Of a stretch of DNA of 64,000 nt, positions 39,498 through 48,923 are shown in pieces (within the stretch, counting starts at the first letter, position 1; every line of letters begins with the position of its first letter). Below the pieces are notes generated by a model, which was not told where the DNA came from, searched no databases, and saw nothing but the letters and a program-made list of their open reading frames with translations. The stretch lies in the NCBI GenBank assembly GCA_964478025.1, contig CAYZGK010000004.1, positions 8,273 to 72,272 of the forward strand, written 5' to 3'. The translations under genes and the position numbers were made by a program. The DNA is from an uncultured Christensenella sp. GTDB taxonomy: Bacteria > Bacillota > Clostridia > Christensenellales > UBA3700.

Positions 39498-40343
39498 ATG
39501 GATTGGCAACAAGTATGGCAAACTGTTCAAAATTGGTTAACTAATACAGGAATTAAAGTTGTTATAGCAATTGTTATAATGATAGTTTCTTTTTCACTTA
39601 TTAACTGGATTTGTAAAAAAATTACTAAACGTGCAGATAAAAAAGTTGAGGGAAATAAAAAAATAGACAAAACTGTTTATAAAACAATAAGCTATGTTGT
39701 AAAAGTAGCACTTAAGATACTAGTTGTTGTTGCTCTTATTGGTTATGTAGGTATTGATACAAGTGCTATCTCAGCCTTAATTGCATCACTTGGCGTTGGT
39801 GTAGGCCTTGCTGTTAATGGCACACTTTCGAACTTTGCAGGTGGCGTTTTAATAATTATAACAAGACCATTTAATACTGATGATTATATCCAAGCTTGTG
39901 GGTACGAGGGAACTGTTGAGGATATTCGTATTTGTCATACAAGACTTCGTACAAATGATAACAAAGTTGTATATTTACCAAATGGCAATCTATCTACAAC
40001 TGAAATTGTAAATTTCTCTGAAAAGGATTTAAGAAGAGTAGACTTAAAGTTTTCAATTGCATACTCAGATGATTTTGAAAAAGCAAAATCAATAATTGCT
40101 GATGTATGTTCTAAAAATGAACTTATTCTTAAAGATCCAGCTCCTGCTATTCGTATGTCAGAGCAAGGTGCAAGTAGTATTGTAATTTCAACAAAAGTAT
40201 GGTGCAAGAATGCAGATTATTGGACAGTAAATTTTGATATGCTTGAAAATGTTAAGAAAGCATTTGATGAAAACGGAATAACAATACCATTTAATCAACT
40301 TGATGTACACGTTGTAAATGATTCAAATAATTTAGAAAAATAA
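39498..40343 (+). CDS. mscS: Small-conductance mechanosensitive channel
   Basis: GVGLAVNGTLSNFAGG, PFNTDDYI, GTVEDI, LPNG, RRVD, TIPFNQ. Confidence 0.93.
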   Translation: MDWQQVWQTVQNWLTNTGIKVVIAIVIMIVSFSLINWICKKITKRADKKVEGNKKIDKTVYKTISYVVKVALKILVVVALIGYVGIDTSAISALIASLGVGVGLAVNGTLSNFAGGVLIIITRPFNTDDYIQACGYEGTVEDIRICHTRLRTNDNKVVYLPNGNLSTTEIVNFSEKDLRRVDLKFSIAYSDDFEKAKSIIADVCSKNELILKDPAPAIRMSEQGASSIVISTKVWCKNADYWTVNFDMLENVKKAFDENGITIPFNQLDVHVVNDSNNLEK

Positions 40344-40367
40344 GGATTAATTAATAAACTTATATGT

Positions 40368-40409
40368 AAAAAAAATAAGCACTCCATATGGGGTGCTTGA
40401 TTTTTTTTT
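40368..40409. terminator. Bidirectional terminator
   Basis: AAGCACTCC-ATAT-GGGGTGCTT flanked by A and T tracts. Confidence 0.8.
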
Positions 40410-40419
40410 GTTTAATTAT

Positions 40420-41592
40420 TTAGTCTTCATCTTCATTTGCTAATACTTCTTTTTTATTAGCAAATGAAGGATTTAATGAATTTACAAAAGCTTTAGATGA
40501 AAGTAAAATTGCGCCTAAAACCATATTAAATATCATATCTACAAATACAAATGAGTTATATACTGCAGAATAGGCAAATACATTCATGTTTTCTGGACAA
40601 TATGCAGAGAATGCAAATATGCCAGAAATTAAATGAGCTATATATCTAAAGATAGCAACACAAAAAGCACCTAAAACAAATTTAACTTGAGGTAATTTTT
40701 CTAAGGCTTTTAAGTTGCTAAATATTCCAGTAAATGCAACCATTGCAAAAGCAATAGGGTAGTCTAATAAAAATTGTGCTGGATGAATTATGAATGGATC
40801 TTGTATTGCTTGTAATATTCCATAAATAAATCCTATAGCTAAACCTTTTTTAGGGCCATGCATATAAGCATAAAGCATTATTGGAAGTAATGATACTAAA
40901 GTTATTGAACCTCCTTGAGGAAGATTAAATATCTTTACGTAAGATAGGGCAAAACTTGTTGCAATACAAATGCCTGCTCTTGCAATAGATTTTGTATCAA
41001 ATATTAGATTTCCTTTTTTATCTATAACTAAAACGGCAGCTAAAAGGGCAATAAATAAAACTATTGCTCCGATAATAAGTGCTGCTTGATTTACAGAGGC
41101 TGTATTAGAGTTATAATAGCCATCACTTTCGATGTGGTTTGTATAATACAAAGCTACCATCGTTATGGTAAATATTATAGATGTGATTATAATGGTTGCT
41201 GCTATATAATAAAATGTCTTTATAAGTTCAGGTTTTTTCTTATTTATAATTGCGTTTGCTATAAAGCAAAGAACAATAACACCAAGTGTAATAAATATTG
41301 GCATAAATACATAAATTAAAACATCGCTACTGATCCAATTTTCATCAAGATATTCACTATTATAGTGTTTGTATAAGTCCATAATTAATAGAGTAATTTC
41401 TATTAAAATTGCATATACAACAAATGATATAGTTGCGTACTTTGCGTATTTTTTTAGCATTGTAAAGTTTAGTGCGTAGATTACTACGCCTACAATTACA
41501 AGGGTTGTTAAGATTCCGATTGTTAACCATGTAGCAATAGGTTGGAACGTGTCAACAGCATAAGTTTTGGCACACATAATTAAATTAAACAT
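40420..41592 (-). CDS. thiT: ThiT-family ECF S-component with extra N-terminal multi-TM domain
   Basis: C-terminal half LPQGGSIT...GPKKG...HPAQFLLDYPIAF...SGIFAF is ThiT-like; about 190 extra N-terminal aa. Confidence 0.85.
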   Translation of the reverse strand: MFNLIMCAKTYAVDTFQPIATWLTIGILTTLVIVGVVIYALNFTMLKKYAKYATISFVVYAILIEITLLIMDLYKHYNSEYLDENWISSDVLIYVFMPIFITLGVIVLCFIANAIINKKKPELIKTFYYIAATIIITSIIFTITMVALYYTNHIESDGYYNSNTASVNQAALIIGAIVLFIALLAAVLVIDKKGNLIFDTKSIARAGICIATSFALSYVKIFNLPQGGSITLVSLLPIMLYAYMHGPKKGLAIGFIYGILQAIQDPFIIHPAQFLLDYPIAFAMVAFTGIFSNLKALEKLPQVKFVLGAFCVAIFRYIAHLISGIFAFSAYCPENMNVFAYSAVYNSFVFVDMIFNMVLGAILLSSKAFVNSLNPSFANKKEVLANEDED

Positions 41593-41715
41593 AAAAAAAC
41601 TCCTTTAGCTAAGGAGAACTTTTAAGAAATAAAATATATGTATTTTTACTTCCTTTCGCCGCTTCCGGCGTAAGTTCAAAGGGTATAATCTCAGCCTTAA
41701 TAGGCACCCCTAGCT
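41593..41715 (-). ncRNA. TPP-riboswitch-like leader (variant aptamer plus terminator/RBS hairpin)
   Basis: Minus strand GGGGUGCC..GGCUGAGA..ACCC..GAAC..GGAAGU; then CUCCUU-AGCUA-AAGGAG-U7 directly before the AUG. Confidence 0.8.
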
Positions 41716-41721
41716 AGATAT

Positions 41722-41750
41722 AATATATATCAATAAAGAATACTTGTCAA
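41722..41750 (-). promoter_or_regulatory. SigA promoter for riboswitch-thiT
   Basis: TTGACA-17-TATATT on minus strand. Confidence 0.8.
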
Positions 41751-41779
41751 TTGAAAAAAAAATTGTACTTCTATATAAT
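41751..41779 (+). promoter_or_regulatory. SigA promoter, back-to-back with thiT promoter
   Basis: TTGAAA-17-TATAAT. Confidence 0.8.
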
Positions 41780-41785
41780 AAAAAT

Positions 41786-42640
41786 ATGGGAACTTTGCTT
41801 AATGTTGAAGATTTATATATGACTTACTTTGGAGGCTACGTAGGAGTAGATACAGTAAGCTTTAAAATGAATGATAAGGAGCACTTTGTTATATATGGCA
41901 AAACCTTATCCGGAAAATCTTCACTTTTAAGAACGATAGCTGGCCTTGAGGAGTATAAAGGAAAAATAGAATTTTTTAATGTGTCAGAGAAAGTTTTTTC
42001 ATTTGATGAAAAATCCTTAAAGAAAAATGATACGGTCTTTAATTCACTTTCTTATCCACTTAAGATAAGAAATATAAGTAATTTTGAAAGTGTAGTTTTA
42101 GAGCAGGCTAAGAAATATAAGATAGATAGTATTTTAAATGAGAAGATAAAGAATCTAAACTTAGAGCAAAAGAAAATAGTTTTAATAGCAAGGGCTTTAA
42201 TAAGAAGTGCAGATATTTATCTATTTGATGATGTATTTAAAGATATTAAAGAAAGATATGATGAAATTTTTAAGATCTTTTTAAAAGATATTGAAGGAAA
42301 ATCTATTATTTTTGCTACATCAAATATTGCTGAGGCTTTTAGCGTTTCAAATGTTGTATCAATTATGGCCTATAAAAAATATTTGCAAAGAGGAACAAAA
42401 GAAGAATTATTAAGTTTGCCAAAAAATAGAGAAGTACTTATATCACTTGGAATTGAAGATAATATGCCATCAATTCTTACTAAAAAAGAGGATAAGTATT
42501 ATTTAGAAGATGTTGAAGTTGTACCACCAATTTCAGATATTTATGTAGGCAAAGAAGTGACATCTATTTTAGTTGATGGCAAAATAAGAAATGATGTATA
42601 TTTTGACAAGGATACTGATTATTTAATTAGTAAATGGTAA
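41786..42640 (+). CDS. Degenerate ABC-type ATPase-fold protein
   Basis: Walker A GKTLSGKS present; signature LNLEQ, Walker B YLFDD, no H-loop His. Confidence 0.7.
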   Translation: MGTLLNVEDLYMTYFGGYVGVDTVSFKMNDKEHFVIYGKTLSGKSSLLRTIAGLEEYKGKIEFFNVSEKVFSFDEKSLKKNDTVFNSLSYPLKIRNISNFESVVLEQAKKYKIDSILNEKIKNLNLEQKKIVLIARALIRSADIYLFDDVFKDIKERYDEIFKIFLKDIEGKSIIFATSNIAEAFSVSNVVSIMAYKKYLQRGTKEELLSLPKNREVLISLGIEDNMPSILTKKEDKYYLEDVEVVPPISDIYVGKEVTSILVDGKIRNDVYFDKDTDYLISKW

Positions 42641-42646
42641 AAGTTT

Positions 42647-44089
42647 ATGGATGAAGAGATTTTTATTGAATACAATGAAGAAAATAAAAAGAAAAATAAT
42701 GTAATACCTAAGAAAAAGGCTATTACGATAGTTGTTGCTACAATACTTATAATTATTATTTTAGCAGGCGTATTTGTAGCGGGATATTTTACAGCAAAGA
42801 GCAATTCTATAGAAAGTGACATGCCACTGCTTGTAGAGGCTTATAAGCTTTTAAAGAAGTATTATTATGAAGATATATCTTGGGAAGAGTTTCAAGTAAT
42901 TGCAGCTGAGGCCATGATGAGTAAGGTGGACGCATACACTTGGATGGAAGAGAATGACACATCAACAAGTTCGCAATCTTTAGGATTTACTATAAAAACA
43001 ACAGCGTATTATAAGCACTTTGTTGCATCAATTGTTCCATCATCTCCAATGGATATGGCAGAAGCTAGTATGTATTACAAAACAGAAAATGATGCAATAA
43101 ATTCTTTAAATGGAGTAGATGTTTCAGAAAGTAAAATTAAAATTAATCCAGGAGATAAGATATACGCAATATCAGTACTTGGTGTTCAGCCAGTTGTTGT
43201 AGAAGGAACAGCTCAAAGCAATGTTTCAACTATTATTTCAAAATCAGATACAGTAACTTTATATCTAAGAAAAACCAAAGGTGTAGACTTGGATAATGAT
43301 GGAGAGGATGAATATGAAGATGGAATATATAAATACGTAGTTGAAAAAACAAATCTTCCATACACAAGAGCTTTCTACTATGATTCTGAAAGTATAGGTG
43401 ATACAACAGGAACAACAGCTATGATTAGATTTACACAATTTTCAGGTACAGCTGTTGCGGATATGTATAAATGCTTAAATAAATTTGTAGACTCTGGATG
43501 TAATAAATTAATTTTAGATTTAAGAGGAAATGGTGGTGGCGATGCAACTATTTTATCTTACATTGCAGGATGTTTTGTAAATGGAGCTAGTGATAGTGAA
43601 AAACCATTGATTTACATTAAGTATAATACTGGTGATGGAAAATATAGATCAGAATATGTTTATTCTTCATTATCTTCAACATGTACAACAGTCGAGGATG
43701 GAGAACAAGAATATGCAATTGTAAATCTTCCATCAAAGGTCAATAATTTTAAATTAACAGTTTTATGTGATGGAAGTACAGCATCTTCATCAGAAGCCTT
43801 AATTGGGGCTTTGCAATACTATAATGGTACAACAATTATAGGCTCGACAACTTATGGTAAAGGTGTAGGACAAACTGTTAGATATCTTGAGGATGGAAAA
43901 TATGTCTTATATATAACAAACTCAAAGTACTATATACCAACAAAGGGTGAAAATGGAGAGACGAATTGGACAGTTAGTATTCATAAAACGGGATTCACTC
44001 CAAGTGATGAAAACTATATATCAAATTCATATAGACCATTAAAGACAGATAAGTATATACAAAGAGCTTTGACAGTACTTGGCTCATAA
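42647..44089 (+). CDS. S41 (CtpA-like) C-terminal processing peptidase, membrane anchored
   Basis: LILDLRGNGGG, STASSSE, TTYGKGVGQ; N-terminal TM. Confidence 0.9.
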   Translation: MDEEIFIEYNEENKKKNNVIPKKKAITIVVATILIIIILAGVFVAGYFTAKSNSIESDMPLLVEAYKLLKKYYYEDISWEEFQVIAAEAMMSKVDAYTWMEENDTSTSSQSLGFTIKTTAYYKHFVASIVPSSPMDMAEASMYYKTENDAINSLNGVDVSESKIKINPGDKIYAISVLGVQPVVVEGTAQSNVSTIISKSDTVTLYLRKTKGVDLDNDGEDEYEDGIYKYVVEKTNLPYTRAFYYDSESIGDTTGTTAMIRFTQFSGTAVADMYKCLNKFVDSGCNKLILDLRGNGGGDATILSYIAGCFVNGASDSEKPLIYIKYNTGDGKYRSEYVYSSLSSTCTTVEDGEQEYAIVNLPSKVNNFKLTVLCDGSTASSSEALIGALQYYNGTTIIGSTTYGKGVGQTVRYLEDGKYVLYITNSKYYIPTKGENGETNWTVSIHKTGFTPSDENYISNSYRPLKTDKYIQRALTVLGS

Positions 44090-44149
44090 TATAAAATATA
44101 TTTAATCACTAAGAAGGATTTATTCTTCTTATGGATAAAAAATAAACTA

Positions 44150-44223
44150 AATCGATGAAGTGTTCGGAGAGTAAGAAGTAATATAGAGTATTATATGACT
44201 CCGCGCATTGCGGAGTTTTTTTT
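44150..44223 (+). promoter_or_regulatory. Candidate transcription attenuator
   Basis: ACTCCGC-GCATT-GCGGAGT-T7 terminator just before the RBS; upstream CGGAG (44165-44169) can pair with CTCCG. Confidence 0.55.
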
Positions 44224-44234
44224 ATGGAGGAGAT

Positions 44235-44486
44235 ATGTTAAGAATAGGCGTAATTGGTATTGTTTTAAAACAAAACAAGGAAACCGCAACAAAAATCCAA
44301 GGATTATTATCTTTATATTCAAATATAATCGTTGGAAGAATGGGAGTTCCAGATAAAGAAAATGGAATTTCTACAATTGCTGTTATTGTGAAGGGTACTA
44401 ATGAGGAAATTTCAGCATTAACTGGAAAACTTGGAAAGTTAGAGAGCGTTTCTGTAAAGTCTGCTTTAACATCAATGGAGGTTTAA
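44235..44486 (+). CDS. TM1266-family (NikR C-terminal-like) small regulator
   Basis: RIGVIGIV...IIVGRMGVP...ISALTGKLGKLESVSVK; RBS GGAGGA. Confidence 0.85.
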   Translation: MLRIGVIGIVLKQNKETATKIQGLLSLYSNIIVGRMGVPDKENGISTIAVIVKGTNEEISALTGKLGKLESVSVKSALTSMEV

Positions 44487-44487
44487 A

Positions 44488-45498
44488 ATGAAAAAAACAT
44501 CCTTAATAATTTTAATGATTTTAGTTTTATCTTTATCATGCACATTCTTTGCATGTCAAAATAAAGAAACAGTACATAATGAGTATACAATTGTATCTCC
44601 AGATGGAGCTCCAGCCTTATCTTTAGTTGGTCTTATTGGGAAAGATTATTCTAGTAAAACATATTCTTTTTCCCCATCAATAGTTTCATCATCATTAATT
44701 GCAAGTGAAGCGATTAAAAGTGATTTTGCTATTGTACCAGTTAATTTAGCTGCTAATTTATATAACAAGGGCAAAGGTTATTTAATGGCTGCAGTTGTTA
44801 CAAATGGAAATATGTATATTGTGTCAAATACTAACGATACTGATTTTAAATTAGAAAGTTTAAAAGGCAAGAAATTATATACAATAGGACAAGGATCAGT
44901 TCCAGCGTTTATACTTTTATCTTTATTAAAGAAAAACAATATAAATTACGAAGAATCTGAAACTATAGTTGATGAAAATACTGTATCAATTCAATATTGC
45001 GCTGATGGTAGTGAACTTATTCAAAAACTTGCTCAAGCAACTAAAAATGGTGAGACAGTTTATGGAAATTTAGCAGAGCCTGCCGTTTCTAATATGGTAA
45101 ATAAAGGTATAGGATACTCGCTAAGTTCACTTCAAACTTTATGGCAAAGTGCAACAAATTCTTCAATTAATGGATTTGCTCAAGCAGTTTTAATTGTTAA
45201 AGAAGAAATTTATAAAAATAATAAAGATATTGTTGATGCTATGATTTTAGAGTTATCTTTTTCTGCAAATAATATCTTAGACGAATCTGTAAATATTGAA
45301 AACACTATTAAGTCTATATATCCTGAAACTACAATAAAGGCTATGAGTCAAGAAACTATTTCTCGTTGTAATGTAAAGACTTATAAAGCAAAAGATAATG
45401 TGGATTATATTATTGAAACACTAAATGCAGTGTATCAGTTAAATCCAACAGCAGTTGGGGGACAAGTTCCAAGTAAGGATTCAGGTTTTTATATTTAA
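44488..45498 (+). CDS. ABC substrate-binding lipoprotein (SsuA/NMT1-like)
   Basis: Lipobox FFAC; SPDGAPAL, PVNLAANLYNKG, GQGSVP, LAEPA. Confidence 0.85.
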   Translation: MKKTSLIILMILVLSLSCTFFACQNKETVHNEYTIVSPDGAPALSLVGLIGKDYSSKTYSFSPSIVSSSLIASEAIKSDFAIVPVNLAANLYNKGKGYLMAAVVTNGNMYIVSNTNDTDFKLESLKGKKLYTIGQGSVPAFILLSLLKKNNINYEESETIVDENTVSIQYCADGSELIQKLAQATKNGETVYGNLAEPAVSNMVNKGIGYSLSSLQTLWQSATNSSINGFAQAVLIVKEEIYKNNKDIVDAMILELSFSANNILDESVNIENTIKSIYPETTIKAMSQETISRCNVKTYKAKDNVDYIIETLNAVYQLNPTAVGGQVPSKDSGFYI

Positions 45499-46259
45499 TG
45501 GAAAATAAGAAAATAAAGATTTTTGATATACTATTACCATTTATTACAATAGGAATAATTTTTATTGTATGGGTTATTGTAAGTAAAATTATAGACGAGG
45601 AAATAATATTTCCAAAGCTTTCTAGTACTTTAAAATCTTTATTTAGTTTGTTAAAAACAAAGGAATTTTATATAGCATTATTAAACACAATTATAAGGAT
45701 CTTAATATCTTTTTTAATATCTTTTATACTTGCAATTATACTTGCAATTTTAGCGTCACTATCTAAATATGCAGGTAAAATAATGTCGATATTTTCTGTT
45801 ATTGTGCAAAGTATTCCAACAATGTCAATAATACTTATATCTCTTATTTGGCTAACAACGATGCGTGCGCCGCTGCTTGTTGCTATTTTAGTTACTTTTC
45901 CTATTATGTTTACCTCGTTTTTACAGGCTATAAATAACATAGATAAAAATCTTTTAGAGATGGTTAATGTATATAAAGTGCCATTAAGTAGGAAAATTAA
46001 GTATTTATATATTCCACAAATAGCGCCATCAATGTTTTCGGCAATGAAAAGTTCTATATCTTTAAATGTAAAGGTAATTATAGCAGCAGAGGTAATGGCA
46101 CAAACAAAAGACAGCATAGGCGTTAAAATGCAACTATCTTCACTTTATTTAGAGATGAGTGAATTGTTTGCTTGGACTATAGTTTCAATAATTCTTGGCC
46201 TTATATTTGAAGGTGTAATTTTACTTATACAAAAGTTGTATTTAAGGAGCACAAGATGA
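45498..46259 (+). CDS. ABC permease (SsuC/TauC-like)
   Basis: IPTMSII, LEMVNVYKV, YIPQIAP, IIAAEV. Confidence 0.88.
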   Translation: MENKKIKIFDILLPFITIGIIFIVWVIVSKIIDEEIIFPKLSSTLKSLFSLLKTKEFYIALLNTIIRILISFLISFILAIILAILASLSKYAGKIMSIFSVIVQSIPTMSIILISLIWLTTMRAPLLVAILVTFPIMFTSFLQAINNIDKNLLEMVNVYKVPLSRKIKYLYIPQIAPSMFSAMKSSISLNVKVIIAAEVMAQTKDSIGVKMQLSSLYLEMSELFAWTIVSIILGLIFEGVILLIQKLYLRSTR

Positions 46260-46930
46260 TAATTAAAAACTTGAATTTATCTTATGGAGATAATATCTTA
46301 TATAAAGATTTTTCACTAGATATTTTAGATAGTGAAATTACTTGTATACTTGGTAAAAGTGGTTGTGGAAAAACAAGTTTTTTAAATGTGCTTTGTGGTA
46401 GTGTTAAGTATAGTGGAGTTGTTGAAAATACAGAGAAAATAGGTTATGTATTTCAAACGCCAAGACTTATTAATTCAATTTCAATAAAGAAAAATCTTGA
46501 ACTTGTATTGAAAAACAAAGATGAAAATAAAATAGATGATTTGCTAAAAGAACTTGAAATATATGAAATAAAAAATAAATATCCAGGTGAAATTTCAGGT
46601 GGAGAGGCAAGTAGGGTATCAATAGCTAGAGCTCTTTTATTTGAACCAAAAATTTTACTTTTAGATGAACCATTTACCGGCCTTGATGTAGTTAGAAAAA
46701 ATAATCTAATAAAGAAGTTAAATCAAATGGTTTTAGATAGAAAGATAGGACTTATATATGTAACTCATGATGTAGACGAAGCCCTTTTAATTGCAAATAG
46801 AGTACTAGTTTTGGATGAAAGACCAGTTAAGATAAAACTTGATTTAAAAATAGAGGGAAAAGAAAGAGATCTAGCTTCAAAAGAAATAAATGAGGCTAGG
46901 GAAAAAATATATAGCAATTTACTTTCATAA
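46256..46930 (+). CDS. ABC ATP-binding protein (SsuB/TauB-like)
   Basis: GKSGCGKT, VFQ, ISGGE, LLLDEPF, VTHD. Confidence 0.93.
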   Translation: MIIKNLNLSYGDNILYKDFSLDILDSEITCILGKSGCGKTSFLNVLCGSVKYSGVVENTEKIGYVFQTPRLINSISIKKNLELVLKNKDENKIDDLLKELEIYEIKNKYPGEISGGEASRVSIARALLFEPKILLLDEPFTGLDVVRKNNLIKKLNQMVLDRKIGLIYVTHDVDEALLIANRVLVLDERPVKIKLDLKIEGKERDLASKEINEAREKIYSNLLS

Positions 46931-47072
46931 TTGACTAATTAGCATTTATGTAATAAACTAAAGTTGCACAATAGGGAGATGCAATGCTTTAATTAGATTT
47001 AAAGTTAGTGATAGCTCTCATTTTGTAAATGTCATTAATTGGAATCTGATTAAGGTTCCAATTTTTACTTTT
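46931..47072 (+). promoter_or_regulatory. Promoter plus structured leader ending in terminator-like hairpin
   Basis: TTGACT-17-TAAACT; AATTGGAATC/GGTTCCAATT hairpin and T tract before RBS GGAGG. Confidence 0.5.
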
Positions 47073-47082
47073 GGAGGGCAAA

Positions 47083-47790
47083 ATGAAAGCTTTTAAAATT
47101 CTTGTTATTGTGATTTTTGTTACCATAATAATTCTTGGTGGATTTGTCGCATATTTATTTTTAGTAGATAAAAAACTTCCTAACTCTTATTTAGAGTCTT
47201 ATAAAAGCAGTATAAAAGGTATAGCGGATGTAGAGTTTACACTTGATTATGTTTATGTAAATAATATGGAAGACTTTACTGTAACAAGAACTTTTGAAAA
47301 GCAAATGTACTATCCAATTGAAATGACTGAAAAAACTTCGTATAGTTTGACAAAAACAGGCAAAAATGAAAGTTTTTGTTTGGTATATGAAGAAAAAGGC
47401 GAGGATACAGTATATTTAATTAAGTTTTATTCAAAAGATGGAAAGTATTACATATATGAAAATAAAGCAGAAAAAGAATATGGTTATGGTGTGTGGTCTG
47501 GAGCTATAGCTACATATACAAAGAAAGTTATGCCTTTTATAGATAGCGAAAATGGAGTAAAAATAAGAGGCGCACAGTATTTTGAAGAGAGTATGGAAAG
47601 CGTTCATCAAAAGGGCAAAAAATTAACAATAAACGCAATACGTGAGAAAGACACTTATAGCGTTACTTATGATGCTTATTCAAAGAAAATATTAGATTAT
47701 ACGATTTCTGAAAAAGAGTATAGTGAGGGTAAACTAAATTATTTATATTTAGATTATTATGTGTTAAACTTAAGTTTGCAGGAATTGTAA
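47083..47790 (+). CDS. Membrane-anchored hypothetical protein
   Basis: N-terminal TM; ATG 47083 after GGAGG. Confidence 0.7.
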   Translation: MKAFKILVIVIFVTIIILGGFVAYLFLVDKKLPNSYLESYKSSIKGIADVEFTLDYVYVNNMEDFTVTRTFEKQMYYPIEMTEKTSYSLTKTGKNESFCLVYEEKGEDTVYLIKFYSKDGKYYIYENKAEKEYGYGVWSGAIATYTKKVMPFIDSENGVKIRGAQYFEESMESVHQKGKKLTINAIREKDTYSVTYDAYSKKILDYTISEKEYSEGKLNYLYLDYYVLNLSLQEL

Positions 47791-47795
47791 ACTAA

Positions 47796-48728
47796 GTGAA
47801 AAAAGAAGATATTAAATATTATTTTTTTAATCCACCATTATTTGTAGTGATAATTGTCTTTTTAGTGACAATAGCACTTGCTATAACATCAATAGTTTTT
47901 GTTGCAAACTCTGACAAATATAGTGGTGTTGTAACATATGTAGTTTTTGCATTTGCTGCTATTTTTTTAGCGTATTCAATATATTTATGCGTAAGAATTT
48001 TTCCACTTTTTAAAGCAAAAATAACAAACTTATTTAAGCAAAGTGAAACGCTATCTGTACTTGTTAATAATTATAGCTATAGAACAATGATTGGTGCTAT
48101 TTCTATGTTTGTTTTTAATATTCTATTCGTAGCATATAATGTTGCGCTTGCTATAATTTATAAAATTGGGTGGAATGGAGCATTAGGTGGATATTATCTT
48201 TTACTTTCATTATGTGGAGCACATAATTTACTTGGGTATAACAAATCAAAAAGCGTAGAAGATCCAGAACTTATAAAATTTAAAGCTTATAGAAACGATG
48301 GAGTAATACTTTTACTTGCAACTGTTACTATCTCTGTTGTTATGGCTCTTGTAATTGGAACTGGGGCATCCTTTTCATCCCTTGGCCAAATATATGTTAT
48401 AGCTAACGCATTATATGCATTTGTAAAAATAGGATTTGCAATTGGCAATATGTTTGTTGCTTATAAGCAAAAAGATTTTTTAATTAAAGGTGTAAGGTAT
48501 ATAAACTTTGCTGTAGCTTTAGTTTCTATATACGCACTTCAAACTTCAATGCTTCAACAATTTGAATCAAACAAAAATTTTTCAAATATTATAAATGGCG
48601 TTTTTGGACTAGTTGTATGTGTAATAATTTTATCGCTTGCATTTTATATGATAATTACTGGTCAAAGGGAAATTATAAGATTCAAAGAAAACAGAAAAAA
48701 TATAAATAATTCTTCATTTAATTTATAA
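47796..48728 (+). CDS. Polytopic membrane protein, function unknown
   Basis: About 8 hydrophobic helices; GTG start. Confidence 0.7.
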   Translation: MKKEDIKYYFFNPPLFVVIIVFLVTIALAITSIVFVANSDKYSGVVTYVVFAFAAIFLAYSIYLCVRIFPLFKAKITNLFKQSETLSVLVNNYSYRTMIGAISMFVFNILFVAYNVALAIIYKIGWNGALGGYYLLLSLCGAHNLLGYNKSKSVEDPELIKFKAYRNDGVILLLATVTISVVMALVIGTGASFSSLGQIYVIANALYAFVKIGFAIGNMFVAYKQKDFLIKGVRYINFAVALVSIYALQTSMLQQFESNKNFSNIINGVFGLVVCVIILSLAFYMIITGQREIIRFKENRKNINNSSFNL

Positions 48729-48923
48729 TCAAAAGACCAATGTAAGGAATTGAACTTACAAAATCATACAATGTTGGTTGAACTTGCAATAGATAGATTA
48801 AAGGAAAGTTATCAGGAAAAACATAAGAAATAAGACAAAACTTTTTTTACATAAATTGTTTATGTGTTTACACACGGTAGTGTTATAATACTAACAAAAA
48901 AAATAAAAAAAGAGTTTTTTGTT

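Noticed and set aside
44110-44152. preQ1-I riboswitch (hairpin plus AAAAAA..AAACUAA tail)
   Set aside because: The loop lacks the ligand-pairing C motif; more likely the terminator of the S41 gene.
46974-47020. Fluoride or c-di-GMP-I riboswitch (GGAGAUG.., GGGA..GCAA.GC)
   Set aside because: Core spacing, pseudoknot partners and the GNRA/P2 arm do not fit, and the downstream genes are unrelated.
48729-48833. Open frame continuing past the TAA of 47796..48728
   Set aside because: 34 codons with no RBS or recognisable motif; plausible by chance.
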